A stretch of 64,000 bases of DNA from Felis catus (lineage: Eukaryota), in contig NC_058368.1 of assembly GCF_018350175.1 (NCBI RefSeq), positions 20,710,001 through 20,774,000 on the forward strand. The letters are read 5' to 3'. Position 1 is the first letter of the stretch; every line of letters begins with the position of its first letter. Shown piece by piece: positions 24,114 through 36,731 of this stretch. The notes beneath the pieces are model-generated. The model worked only from the letters and a program-made list of their open reading frames with translations, was not told where the DNA came from and made no database searches. Both the position numbers and the translations under genes were made by a program.

Positions 24114-25109
24114 GGATGCTTGGGTTTATGACCACTTAAACACAGGAATTGAGATCTTGGACCCACAAGAGGTGCAAAACCTTCTACAGAACCAGTATTT
24201 TTTTTTTAATTTTTTAAAAATCTTTATTTTTGAGAGAGAGACAGAGTGTGAGCAGGGGAGGAGCAGAGAGAGAGGGAGACACAGAATCCAAAGTAGGCTT
24301 CAGGCCCTGAGCTGTCAGCACAGAGCCCAACGCAGGGCTCGAACTCACGAACCGTGAGACCATGACCTGAGCCGAAGTCGAATGCTCAACTGACTGAGCC
24401 ACCCAGGTGCCCCAGAACCAGTATTCTTAAATGGCTAATCCCTTATTAAAAAGAAGAACTATAAGTAAATCTACCTATCAGCATAAGGATATGTCAAGGA
24501 AAATTGTCTATTTCTATCTGGTTGGAAAAAAGTTTGCTAAGGTACAAGAACCCTGAGGCTAAGAAATTAGTTTAAAAGTGTACCCAGGTCAGCAATGGTA
24601 CTGGGATATCTGGTAATTCAATGAAAAGCCTCTTTGGATGGAAATACCCTTCACCAAGGATTGTTTCCACAGATAAAACTCAGCTGAACATAAATTCAAA
24701 ATCCAAATTTGAGTCAAAAACTGAAGTACATAATGATGCAAACCATCATGAATAGAAATCAACTAACCAAATAGGTAACTTGATTTGATCCCCCCACCCA
24801 TGATGTGCCGATAATACAACTCCCAGATAGAGGTTATAACATAAGTATAGTTGAAATGATGAGGAACTTAAAAAAGAATTAAAAACATAAGAAAGAACAA
24901 GGCCCTTGGGGGGCAAAAAAGGCTGATTTCAAAAAGATAGAATTTCTATAAATGAAAAACACAGTCATTGAAATTAAAAACTCAACCCACAGATTAAATA
25001 GTCACTGAAACAAAGCCAGAGAGAAATTTAATGCATGGAAAGATATATGTGATGAAATTATCCAGACCATAACACAGAGGGAAAACAGATGAAAAGTATG
25101 AAAAAGAGT
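24114..25109 (+). mobile_element. HAL1-like (half-L1) element, 5' region plus ORF1-like segment; probably continues at 23045-23255
   Basis: ccacagataaaactcagctgaacataaattcaaaatccaaa and A-rich ORF1-like gtcattgaaattaaaaactcaac...gaaattatccag. Confidence 0.6.
24200..24413 (-). mobile_element. CAN-SINE (SINEC_Fc-like)
   Basis: Typical body; TSD cagaaccagtatt at 24187-24199 and 24413-24425. Confidence 0.97.
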
Positions 25110-25936
25110 AATGGCAGAATGGAACATTTAGACACTCTCCCGCCAACAACAATTACAGACTCTGGGGTAAAAAGCAAACAAACAACTGGGAGAAGAACAA
25201 AAGCTGGCAGAAACTGGCGAGGATTTGATCCTTCCAGAGTGAGATGTGCACTTATACGGTGTTTCTTCTAAGGGTACACCGAGGCCCATCAGAGTGTGGC
25301 AGCCAGAGAGGAAGCAGAAAGCAGTCTCCGAGTACTTCGGAAACAGAAGATGGAGTTTGGGACTGCTGGAGACACCCACAATTGAGAGCGAGGATAGAAT
25401 TCCCAAAAGGAAGAAGCCACATAGGATGGCCCCCAAATCAATGTAGAAACTCCATTTGAATCACTGGGTGCTCCTGGACTACACATGGGTGGGATGAGAC
25501 TCAGAGGTGCCCAGGGAGGCACAACATCTGAGAGCTGAGTAGAGATTACGGAGGTGCCCGTCACAGATACAGCTTGGAATTCAAGTCCTGCCAGTTAAAT
25601 AGATGTGAAAAATGCCTCCAGATTTTAAAACTAAAACCTGGAAGCTATGCCTTAGGCCTTAAGGTCAAAGGATTCACCCTAAGATAGTTGCAAAACTAAA
25701 ACAGAACGACCCTAACAAAGCCTAAAACCAAGCCTTCCTAAAAGAAGGTCACGGCCAGTAATTTAACTGCCTTCCAAAACAAAAGTCAATATTTTTCAGA
25801 GAAACATGAATCCAGAGTCCCTACAAAGTGCCATTCACTGCACCTAATGTAAAACAAAAATTTACTAGTTATGCAAAGATACAGGGAAATGTGACATAGT
25901 CAAGAGAAAAGTCAATCATAAAAAGAGACCTACGGA

Positions 25937-26125
25937 GGGGCGCCTGGGTGGCTCAGTTGGTTAAGTGTCTGACTCTTGACTTTGGCTCAGGTCTTATCTC
26001 ACAGTCATGAGATTGAGCCCTGATGGGGCTTTATGTTGAGTGTGGAGCTTGCTTGAGATTCTATCTCTACTTCTCTTTCTGGCCCTCCTCCACTTGTGCA
26101 AGGGCCTGTGTTCTCTCTCTCTCAT

Positions 26126-26161
<36 letters not shown>
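25937..26161 (+). mobile_element. CAN-SINE (older subfamily) with long poly-A
   Basis: ggggcgcctgggtggctcag head, about 35-nt A tail, degenerate TSD aa(a/g)gagacc. Confidence 0.95.
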
Positions 26162-26163
<2 letters not shown>

Positions 26164-26606
26164 AGACCCAAAGAATAACTAAATGTTGAAATTAACAGAC
26201 AAGAGTTGTAACAGAATTATGGTAAATACGTTAATTAATTTCAGGAAGGCATGGTTATAATGAGTGACGACATGAGAAATTGTCAGCAGTGATGTGTAAA
26301 TGGAAAAAGGAATCAAATTTAAATCCTAGAACTGGAAAACACAGTATCTGAAAAAAAATTCATTTCCTAGCATTGACAATATATTAAACACAACAAAAGA
26401 AAGGCATATTGATCACGAAGACAGGTCAGGTCAGTAGAGGTCATTGAAGCTGAAGGACAGAGAGAAAGAGACTTTCTTAAATGAGCAGAGCTTCATTGAG
26501 CTGTAGGACTGTCTCCAGAAGTTTAACACATAGGTAAGAAGGAGATGACAAAGGAAATGGGGCAGGAAAAAAATGGCAATTATACTGGTTGGAGAATAGC
26601 AACCCA

Positions 26607-26830
26607 GGGGCTCCTGGGTGGCTCGGTCGGTTAAGCATCCGACTTTGGCTCAGGTCACGATCTCACGGTCCGTGAGTTCGAGCCCCGCGTCGGGCTCTGT
26701 GCTGACCGCTCAGAGCCTGGAGCCTGTTTTAGATTCTGTGTCTCCCTCTCTCTCTGCTCCTCCCCTGTTCATGCTCTGTCTCTCTCTGTCTCAAAAATAA
26801 ATAAACGTTAAAATTAAAAAAAAAAAACCC
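26607..26830 (+). mobile_element. CAN-SINE (SINEC_Fc-like)
   Basis: gtgagttcgagccccgcgtcgggctc; TSD core agcaacccag. Confidence 0.97.
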
Positions 26831-27479
26831 CAGCAACCCAGAAATTAAAACAGCAACCCAGACATCCATGAAGCACAGCAAACCCTAAACAGTTAAAGCT
26901 AATAAAACCATGCCTAACCACGTCATAGTCAAACTGCTAAAAACCAAAGAGAGTAAACCTTCAAAGCATCAAAATAAAGAAACATTATAAAAGGAAGAAT
27001 AATTATATTTATGATGCCTAACTTCCCTTTAGGAAAAAAAGGGGGCTAGAAGATATAGAGCTACATCTTTTTAAAGCAATGAAAGCAAAACATTGCCAAC
27101 TTGACATTCTATACATAGCAAAAATATTTTTCTTAAATGCAAATGAAATAAAGACATTTTTAGATAAACAAAAGCTGAAAGAATTTTTTGCCAGCAGACC
27201 CCACACTACAAGAAATTCTCAAAGATGTTCTTCAGGCTAAAGAAAATAATACCAGATGGAAATTCAGAGCTACAGGAAGAAATGAAGAACATTAAAAATG
27301 GTAAATATTTGAAGAAATATAAAGGATATATAAGATTTTTGTCACAATCAATGCTTGTCCTTCAAAAAGCACCATTAGGAAAAGTGAATGGCAGAAAGCA
27401 TTTGCCCCCGATCTCACTGCTGCCACTCGGGAGGGATGGCGTGAGGCTGGGCTGGGTGCTAGAACAGCAAGAAGAAAAA

Positions 27480-27785
27480 TGGGAGATTTTCTCTCAGGAG
27501 CCATTTTTCCGCTCTTTGAGCCGGGGCCAAGGGTGTCCCTGGAGCTCTCTGGGTGCATCCTGGTCCCCACTTCTGGGTTTCAGGCTGTCTTGCATCCAGG
27601 CTGGGGGACACAGAAGTACAAATGGGGAACTCACCACCACCAGTTCAGTGGCACTCTGAATTCTGGTCTTCTTTCCCAGTCCACCTGCTGCTTTTCAGAG
27701 TCCTCCAATGGCTGGTCCAGGGTTTGGAGCTGCATTCAGCGAGCAAGACAGGGCGGATGGAGTGTGTTTGTCCATTGCTGGAGGA
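27480..27785 (-). mobile_element. Ancient L1ME 5' end fragment
   Basis: gaactcaccaccaccagttcagtggcactctgaattctggtcttctttcccagtccacctgctg...cttttcagagtcctc. Confidence 0.6.
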
Positions 27786-27799
27786 GGTCGTTAAGAGGA

Positions 27800-28119
27800 T
27801 GAGACTGTTGGTTCACCTTAAGTGGCACCAGGAGCCACTTCAGGGATGCAGCCTTGAGAGAGAAATGTGTGTTGAGATCATCTGGACGGTATACAGGGCT
27901 GAGCCCCCTTAGGCCTCTGCATAAACTTTTGAGATTCTGGCTGGCAGGTGCAGCGATCCACTAGTCTTGCAGCAGCCCAACAAAAGCCTCCTGTGTGAGT
28001 TCCCTTGCTTATTAACCATCTAGGGTGTTCTTCCTTCTTCTTCAGCCTCTCCTTGCCCTTCGTGTAGTGGGAACAGTTTCAACTTACCCCAGGAACACAC
28101 TGGAGGTTGCAAGCCAACA
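27800..28119 (+). mobile_element. ERV solo LTR fragment (MER74/MER73-like)
   Basis: gatccactagtcttgcagcagcccaa...gtgagttcccttgcttattaacc, ending ...gcaagccaaca. Confidence 0.5.
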
Positions 28120-28519
28120 TTCATCTCACCTAGAATCAAAACCCGCGGATTACGTTCTGAGCATGTGACACCCAAGGTACTTGTGGGCCAACCACCTGAA
28201 AATATATCTGAAGCTTTGAAGTGAGATCTGGGCTAGAAAGAAACATTCCGGTCTTCAATCTGCAAGGTGCTTCCAGGCATAGGAGTGGAGGAGGGCAATG
28301 AGGAAGAATGCCTAGAATAAGCCAAATGAACTGAGACTAGAGCTGTGGGACCATCAACGTCAAAGAGGTGAGCCCAGGAAGAAGAGCCAATGCAAAGAGG
28401 TCCGACAGGCTGGAGGGAACCCGAGTAGCCTGTGTGAGGTGTCCGCCCATCTCTCTCCTGAACAGTGCACTCCGGCAGGCTCCGGGTGTTCCCAGGGTTC
28501 CCGGTGTCTTGTCTATCTG

Positions 28520-28687
28520 CCACCTGTCTCAGCATCACCTGGGGTTGGGGGGAATGTTAGACATGTTGATTCTCAGGCCCTATGCCGAACTTATTTAATT
28601 AGAATTATAAGTGGTGGGGCCTGACTGCCTGAGTTTTTAATTAGCTTTCCAGGGATTTCTCATGAACAGTTAGAGACCCAGCGCCTG
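28520..28687. mobile_element. MER5-like hAT-Charlie MITE
   Basis: cagcatcacctgggg...gattctcaggccctatgccgaactt...ggtggggcctg...tttttaattagctttccagggattt. Confidence 0.6.
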
Positions 28688-30549
28688 AGGCCTAAGGAGT
28701 GTGGGAACCTCTAAGTCTGTCACCAGCATCAAGAGAAGGCTGAACAGGGGGGATGGTAAGAGCAAAGAGGGAGAAGGGAAAGAGAGATTCCTGAAATTTG
28801 GTAAGTGGTGCAGGAGGAGGAAGAGCAAGGAGACCTTTTATTCTCATTATTTGAGTCCTAAGGCTGACACTCTTGGAGCAGCTGTGTCGGGCTCATCTTG
28901 GGAGTTTTGTGTGTTGAGGTCCATCCACCACGAGCCCAGCACAGCCACACAGCTGTAGTGAGTGTGATGATGAACGTGACAGGTGATGAGCAATTCGGCT
29001 GACGCTGTCCTTCTTTAGACAGTATCCAAAGGTAATGCAGTCCTGTTCCTTGCAACTGACTCAGTCAACCTAGGTTAAGGGGTCCATTTCATGCCAAATC
29101 CAGTGGTCATGTTTTACTCTGTGCTGCTCTGGCCAAACAACATCTGTTTGGATAGGGGAATGAAATGTGCTGAGATGCGAAGTCACACCCGTCCCTTTCT
29201 CTCCCAGCCTCTCTACCAAACAGTGTATTTAAGAAATCTTTTGAAAAAGTCCAGAAGTTGATGTCAATAGAAACCCCATTCGATGAAAGGGAATTCACCA
29301 GCAAGAGTGCTTGGAGAAAAAGCGCTTGCTTGCCCTCTTCTGTGCCTCCTAATAATCAATGCAAGGCCAAGTTTTCTTGGCCTTCACTTGAGTTGTTTCC
29401 AGCCTTGATGCTTTCCTGCAAGTGTCTCACAGCTGCAACCATGCGTCCCCAGCTCCGTATTGCCAGACTCCCAGCACGGTGCCTGACACTCAGTAGGGGC
29501 TCAGCTCATTTGTTAGATTGACAAAGCTTAACTTGGAGTCTAGCATCTCTGTGACATGTGTTCTTCCTGAAGTCTTCTACATTTCTTTTTCCTCCTTCCA
29601 GATTTTTCCTCTTCTTTTTTTCTATCTCCTTCTTCCCTTTTCTTCTTTCCCCTCCTTTGTCTTCCTCCCTCCTCCTCCAGTGCCCGAGGAGGCACTTCGT
29701 TGCCAGAAGAGGACCAACTTGGGAACTGATCTGTGAAGAAGGTGACTCCTCCCAGTCCTGCCCCTTATCTCCCCTGCTTTCCTTTCTTTTTTTCCTTCCC
29801 TTCTCTGCACGCAGTCCTCCACGTTGAAACATTAATGTGAAGAATGCAGAGCGATTCAAGTAAGAGAAACAAAAGCTAATTCTCATTTCCTATTAACCCC
29901 CCATCCTTAGCGATTCTTAGTTTTGAGTGGAAAAATGCTCTTCATTCCAGAACTCCGGAGCACGATCCATTTAGTAAACCTAATCTTTCAGTATTCTTAA
30001 TTAGTGAAGGCACAAACTTTACAAAGAATTATTATATCTCCATCCACATTTGGCAGACCGTCTGATGTCCTGAGGACTCAAGACATTTGACCAAAGTCCT
30101 CCCCATAGGCTAAATTTGTCAGACCTTCTATTGAACAATGAACAAATGCTTATGGACAATCACTGTGCCAGAAATTACTGAGATTATGGGTTTTCGTACC
30201 CATATATAAAGTTTCACTTAAAAGATGCTTGACTTGCTCCAGCCCCTTATTCTTTTGACTCGCTGTGTTCTTATCAGCAGTTCACATGTTTCTGAATAAT
30301 CTGGACCGTTGGGCCATCTGGAGATCTCGCTGGTTGATAGCTAACCACTCCTGGCAATAGCAGGGAGAGGATTAAAATTCAGGCCAGCATATTTTCCTTT
30401 TTGAAAGCAGCTCTCAGAGAAACTGAGCTCCTGCACGAACTATATTACTTTTCACGGAGAAAGAAATTAGGAGTGGAAGAAGGAAATCAATGCTGTTGAA
30501 CCCCTTCTATATACTGTCTAACTGCCAAGTGTTAACTCATTTAATTCTT

Positions 30550-31688
30550 TTAAAAAATTTTTTTTATTAATTTTATTTTTTTAAATTTACATCTAAATTA
30601 GTTAGCATATAGTGCAACAGTGATTTCAGGAGTAGATTCCTTAATGCCCCTCACCCACTTAGCCCATCCCCCCTCCCACAACCCCTCCAGAAACCCTCTG
30701 TTTGTTCTCCATATTTATGAGTCTCTTCTGTTTTGTCCCCCTCTCTGTTTTTATATTTTTGTTTCCCTTCTCTTATGTTCATCTGTTTTGGCTCTTAAAG
30801 TCCTCATATGAGTGAAGTCATATGATATCTGTCTTTCTCTGACTAATTTCCCTTAGCATAGTGCCCTCCAGTTCCATCCACGTAGTTGCAAATGGCAAGA
30901 TTTCATTCTTTTTGATTGCCGAGTAATACTCCATTGTATATATATATACCACATCTTCTTTACCCATTCATCCATCGATGGACATTTGGGCTCTTTCCAT
31001 ACTTTGGCTATTGTTGATAGTGCTGTTATAAACATTGGGGTGCATGTGTCCTTTCGAAAAAGCATACCTGTATCCCTTGGCTAAATACCTAGTAGTGCAA
31101 TTGCTGGGTCGTAGGGTAGTTCTATTTTTAGCTTTTTGAGGAACCTCCATACTGTTTTCCAGAGTGGCTGCACCAGCCTGCATTCCCACCAACAATGCAA
31201 AAGAGATCTTCTCTCCGTATCGTCGCCAACATCTGTTGTTGCCTCGGTTGTTAATGTTAGGCATTCTGACAGGGGTAAGGTGGTATCTCATTTTGTTTTT
31301 GATTTGTATTTCCCTGATGATGAGTGATGTCGAGCAGTTTTTCATGTGTTGGTTGGCCATCTGGATGTCTTCTTTGGAGAAGTGTCTATTCATGTCTTTT
31401 GCCCATTTCTTCACTGGATTATTTGTTTTTTTGGGTGTTGAGTTTGATAAGTTCTTTGTAGATTTTGGATACTAACCCTTTATCTGATATGTCATTTGCA
31501 ACTGTCTTCTCCCATTCTGTCAGTTGCCTTCTAGCTTTGCTGATTGTTTCCTTCACTGTGCAGAAGCTTTTTATTTTGATGGGGTCCCAGTAGTTCATTT
31601 TTGCTTTGTTTCCCTTGCCTCCGGAGACGTGTTGAGTAAGAAGTTTCTGTGGCCAAGATCAAAGAGTTTTTTGCCTGCTTTCTCCTCA
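30550..31688 (-). mobile_element. Feliform L1, 5'-truncated (about 1.14 kb), inserted into a MIR
   Basis: ORF2 C-terminal peptides [20 protein letters not shown] and [23 protein letters not shown]; perfect 17-bp TSD taactcatttaattctt at 30533-30549 and 31689-31705. Confidence 0.97.
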
Positions 31689-31895
31689 TAACTCATTTAA
31701 TTCTTAAAACAGAACAAAACAAAACAAAACCCTCAAAACACTGAAAGGAAGGGAGGAGTTATTTCTTTATACCACAGTTAAAGGAATGGGGGGTCAGAGA
31801 GGTTAGGTCACTTGCTCAAGGCCACAGAGTCACGGAATGGTTAAGCTAGGATTCAAACCCGAACCTGGCCAAGTCCAAAGCCCACATGCTTTCCA
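31689..31895 (-). mobile_element. MIR (host of the L1 insertion)
   Basis: cagagaggttaggtcacttgctcaaggccacagag...ggattcaaaccc. Confidence 0.8.
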
Positions 31896-32065
31896 GCACA
31901 ATCTACTCTGTGGTGCATTAATCTCACTGCGGGACTATGAGCATGGCTGTACTTAATTCTTCTGCGACAACTGTGCATAATGAACAGCTCCAGAAATTTC
32001 TCCACCCACACTTCTCCCTCTCCTCCTGAATTCCTCCCTAATATCCTTTCTTACTTTGCTTTCAT

Positions 32066-32245
32066 CAATAGCAATACCTCACATTTGTATGGTGCTTTAC
32101 AGATATTTATCAGGAGCTTTCACAGCAACCCTGGGACGCAGTATCAGTAGGTGTGCAGTATATAGATGTGGAACCTGGGATCTGGAGGGATGATGGAATT
32201 GGCTCTTTGTCAGAGAGCAAGTCAGCGTCTGAGCCGATTCCAAAA
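32066..32245 (-). mobile_element. MIR
   Basis: aatacctcacatttgtatggtgctttacag...cacagcaaccctggga...atagatgtggaacctgg. Confidence 0.6.
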
Positions 32246-32489
32246 GGAAGATGGGCTGTGGGCCAGGTCACTGGGGAGACTGCAGGGCAGAACAGGGAGC
32301 TACGACCGATGAAAGGCAGGTCAAAGGGAATGGGGCAGGCAGGGCGATTTGGGGAGCTGAGCATTTCACTACAGAGGCTGAATTCTGTTGGCTGGGAATT
32401 ACAGAATTTTCGGAGAGTTCTGTTTCGCATTTTGCTGTTTAGAGCACTTGTATAATCCCCTAACTTCTGACTCTGAAAATTCTTGCTTC

Positions 32490-33150
32490 AGCCAAAGAAT
32501 TGCTTTTCTTTTGATATTCCTCTTCTAAAAGCATTATACGTTCTCTTCTTCCATCCGTATGTGCATAATTTCTGACGCAGGCCTTCACCCCATCTTGCAC
32601 AGACAACTGCAGCAGCTTTCTGATTTGCCCCCCTGTCTTTAGCCAGCATCCCCTCCCCAGCATTTAACACTAGACTGATTCCTCTTAAATGAGAATTCAA
32701 TCATGTTATTTCTCTACTTAACACCTGTTAGTGCCTCCCAATCACCTTTGGGATGACGTCCAGACTCCTTTATTACAACATACGATATCCTTCATAACTC
32801 GACCTCTACCCACCCCTCCCGGACCAATTCACAGCACTGCTGAACTCTTGCCTATTTTCACGCACCTCTGTGTCTTTTCACATCACTGTCCTTCTGCCTG
32901 CAATTGGCTCTCTCTCCCACTCTACCCAGTTCATTGCCAGGCGGATGCCCCCCCCCCCCTCACCTCTCTTCACCTGGCACTGTCTCCTTTCCTACTGGCC
33001 TGGGAAGACTGAGGGTTCCCCTCCCCACGCTCTCATCACATATGTTCTTGTTGGTCTGCGGGTCTCTCCCCTCACCAGTCTGAGACACATGCGTGGGAAG
33101 GACTTTACCTTTTCATTTTTGATCTATTGCTATCCTCAATCTAGTGTCCT
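32490..33150 (+). mobile_element. L2 fragment
   Basis: cttgcacagacaactgcagcagctttctgattt, tcatgttatttctctacttaacacc and tgagacacatgcgtgggaaggact. Confidence 0.65.
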
Positions 33151-34530
33151 TTCTTGGATGTGGATCTTTCCAAGGGTAGGGTAGTACTTTTTGTAATGAT
33201 GGGGAGGCAACCGATACTTTTTCTTTTTTTCAAGCACAATAAGGGGCCGGGGGTTAAGCTCTAAGTGTAAAAGTGTGTTTTTGGTGTTTGTTTTGGGGGT
33301 TGGGGAGAAGGGTTTCATTCTTAAACCACCTTGGTAGCATCTTCCCTCTTTATGGTCCACCTTGAAGATGACTACACATTCTTTCTCCCCCACTTAATAT
33401 TTTAAAACTTGTAAATGCTGGTGAAAAGAATGCAGATTTCCATCAGTTCCAAAGGTTCAAATTCGAATTAGATAAAAAAGACATTTGTCTTCAGAGTTGA
33501 AGAAATGCAAAGTCCAAATAAGTGATGCGGTGGCCAGGAGAGGTTATGACCCGGGTTCTGGTCTATTCCATGAGCACCACAGGGATATGTGCCATGTAGG
33601 CTTTGAGCGTGACAAGCCTGTTTTTAAATAATGCCTCAGTGACAAGCATGAATCCATACAGTTAGCTCCTTGGCTAAAATTTCCAGTTGTGCTACAGTCT
33701 CAGAAAGTAACTCTCCAAATTCCTGGCCCTGGATGGCCAGAAACCCTGGGAAGACACAAAATGATATGTAGAACTATTTTAAAGAATCAAAATTACCATT
33801 TATCTTATTTTTATATTATCATTATATTATGTTATCATTTATATTTTCGTATTAAGAAACCTCTGCCCAGTTGGTATTTACTTCTGGGTAGAAGCTGTCA
33901 AAGTAGGCATGTCTTCTTCCTCCCCCTTTCCTTGTAAAGGTGACCTTGAAAGCATGTGACCTGCCTGGTATCAGATGAAGGAGGACTATGTGAATCATAC
34001 TGGTCCCACTTGAAGGAGAAATAAACCCACATTGTGTTGTGGGAGACCATGAAAGATAGAATTGTCCACTGTGACTCCCACACATCCTTGTCTCCAATAG
34101 CTGTACCCCGACCACTTTTTTCCCCCTTGTTTCTCTCCACCCTCTCTGATAAATTCAAATTGTTCAAAGGATGGCTGCTAATCCACAATAGCAATTCTTC
34201 TCTCTTCTGAAAACTCTCCTTGATTTAATGATTCCTGAAACTGGCTTAACTATAGCAGATCTCTTCTTTCTAAAGCTCTATAAAGATTTCTGCTCTCCTT
34301 CAAGTTAGAAATCCCATTTGGACTTATGTCTAGAATTTTTGAGTCAAGATTTCTGTTAATGATGTTCTGGTTAACTTTTTCCCATGGTGCCAAGTCATCA
34401 AGATTGCAGGTCTCATTCACTATCACATCATACCCTACTTTATACTGATGAACATATTTGCTAAATTTATAAACAATATTGGAATATTTTATTGAACTTA
34501 GGTTTCATCACATTAAAAAATGTCCTTACT

Positions 34531-34686
34531 GGTGGATGGGGGTGGGAGGGAGGGGAGGGTGGGTGATGGGTATTGAGGAGGGCAACTTTTGGGATGAGCA
34601 CTGGGTGTTGTATGGAAACCAATTTGACAATAAATTTCATATATTGAAAAAAAATAAAAAAATAAGAAATAAAATGAAAAGAGCAA
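34531..34686 (+). mobile_element. Extremely 5'-truncated feliform L1 (3' UTR tip plus A tail)
   Basis: gggtgatgggtattgaggagggc...tgagcactgggtgttgtatggaaaccaatttgacaataaa; TSD aaaaaa(t/a)gtccttact at 34515-34530 and 34687-34702. Confidence 0.92.
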
Positions 34687-35544
34687 AAAAAAAGTCCTTA
34701 CTTAGGTTTATAGGAAACACTTAAATGCATGGGAAGGTTTGTCATTGGCTAATTCAAGTACTTAAAGGTATGTACATTCATAAATTAATTAAAAATATTC
34801 AAAGGTGTTTAATTTAATTTGGCTTATAAAACGAGACCAAATATTATTCAAGGGATCCTTAACTGTGATTCCTAAAATTTGCTAGACTTTTAAATAAAAT
34901 AATATGATTTATAAGATGCACTCAACAGCTTCAGGAGGAAATGCGTTTATTAACATGACTTTAATAACTCTAATAGTGCTTTCTATAATCAGCCCAAACC
35001 CTGAAAGGTCTTTTCTGTGCATAAAATCTACAGTCAAAGATAATTAAATGCCTTCATATTTAGCAGTTTGCTGTGGGACCAGGTAGAGCTGACACTGACA
35101 AATGACCCACATTGGAGTCACTACCCAAGGGAGGGTGAGATCTCACAGAGAAGGAGTCCAAAGAACAGAAAGCTGAGTGAAGGGATGGTAGAGAGAAGAG
35201 AGAATCTTCAGGAGAGGGTCCAGGAGAGAAGCTCTTGTTGTGGAGGGGGCGGCCAGAGAAACACGAATAGAGGTCAGGGGCAAGACAGGTAAGGCAAAGA
35301 ACCCTCCTGAATGCCAAGCAAGCACACTGTGAATTTGATACGTGGAAGTCAAGGAAGATATCTTGAACTTCAGTGTGAGGGGAAAAGGTCAGTCTTTCCC
35401 TGTTACTCCCTTACTAATGCTGATGTTTCTTCACTGGGGGAGAAAATGGACCGAAAGGAGGGAACACCTGAAACTGACCGGCTGAATAGTAAGACTGTTT
35501 CCATTACTGTCTGTCCTACCCTGACCCCTTCATGTTAACAGCTA

Positions 35545-35860
35545 AACAATAATAAGCCCTTACACGGGTATAGCACTTTACAGTGTACAAAGTACTTTAT
35601 AAAAATCTCTAAATCTCATCCCCTTAACCTTCACTGCAGACCTCTGAGATCTTTACTTCTGTCATGCATTTTATTTCATTCCAAGTTGTCACACATGGAA
35701 TCATAATCTCATATACTTCTAAAGCTTTAAGACACCTGAGAGATCAGTGGGCTCAAACTATTCCTTTCAGCCAATGAGGGACTGAGACCCGAAACACTTA
35801 AATGATTTTACTAAAGCCACACAGCTAGTTGGGATAACGTCAGTCAGGTTTTCTGTCTGG
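35545..35860 (-). mobile_element. MIR fragments
   Basis: tatagcactttacagtgtacaaagtacttt and aatgagggactgagaccc...aaagccacacagctagtt. Confidence 0.65.
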
Positions 35861-36151
35861 TGGATTGGTGGTTTTTACTTCCTCACAATGCTAAACCCAG
35901 TTAAAATATTGGGTTTTAAATGGAAAGTATGTATATGGGGGCAAGTGAGGAAGGAGAGAAAGAGGGGATGGGGATAAACTGACCCTCATCTAAAAGCATG
36001 TGTTTGCAAGTTGGTGGAGCAATTCTGATACAATAAATTTTCAAAGGAGCCCAGATTTGCTTGTGGCATCTAATTATTACAGAAGTCTCAGTGCCCTAAT
36101 AGGAGACACTCTCCAGCATGGAGTACACATTACAATATTAGAAATAAGAGC

Positions 36152-36731
36152 TGTGGTAGGAAGCCTCTAAGTCTCCAATTTTCCCAGCCTCCTTGTGTAA
36201 TCTTTTCCCCATGAGAATGTATTGGGCTCAGTGACTCACTTCCAATGAAGAGAAAACGGCAGAAGTAATGGAGTGTTACTTCTGAGATTAAGTTAGAAAA
36301 AGGCAATGGCTCTGTCTTGAGTATTCTCTCTGTGTCTCAGTTTCTTTCTCTCAGCACTCACTCTGGAGGAAACTAGCTGTCATGTTTTCAGTCAGCATTG
36401 TGGGGGATCCCGTGGCAGGGAACTGAGGGAGGCCTTCAGCTCATAGCCAGTAGGAAACAGGGGCCCTTAGTCCAATTGCCTATGAGGAACAGAGGCCTGA
36501 CAACAACCAAGTGAATAGATTTGGAATCAGACCCTCCCCACTGGAGTCTGCAGATGAGACTACAGCCCTATTGACAGCTTGACTGAAGCCTCATAAAAGC
36601 CCTTGAGCCAAAGGCTTTCAGAGAGTGGCACCCAGATTCTTGACTCATAGAAACTGTGACACAATCACTGTGTAGTGTTTTAAACTGCTGAGTTTTGGGC
36701 AATTTGTTTTCATCAACAGGTAACTAATACA
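36152..36731 (+). mobile_element. MaLR solo LTR, MLT1F-like
   Basis: TG...CA termini (tgtggtagg ... taactaataca), ggcagaagtaatgg...ttacttctgagattaagtta and cagatgagactacagccc. Confidence 0.9.

Larger units (their letters stand above)
25110..27335 (+). mobile_element. Ancient L1M 5' UTR and decayed ORF1, interrupted by two SINEs
   Basis: catagtcaaactgctaaaaaccaaaga, aatgaaataaagacatttttagataaacaaaagctgaaagaatt...agcagaccccacactacaagaaat are L1 ORF1 hallmarks. Confidence 0.8.

Noticed and set aside
27225..27659. 144-aa ORF
   Set aside because: Chimeric read-through from the L1 ORF1 end into unrelated repeat sequence
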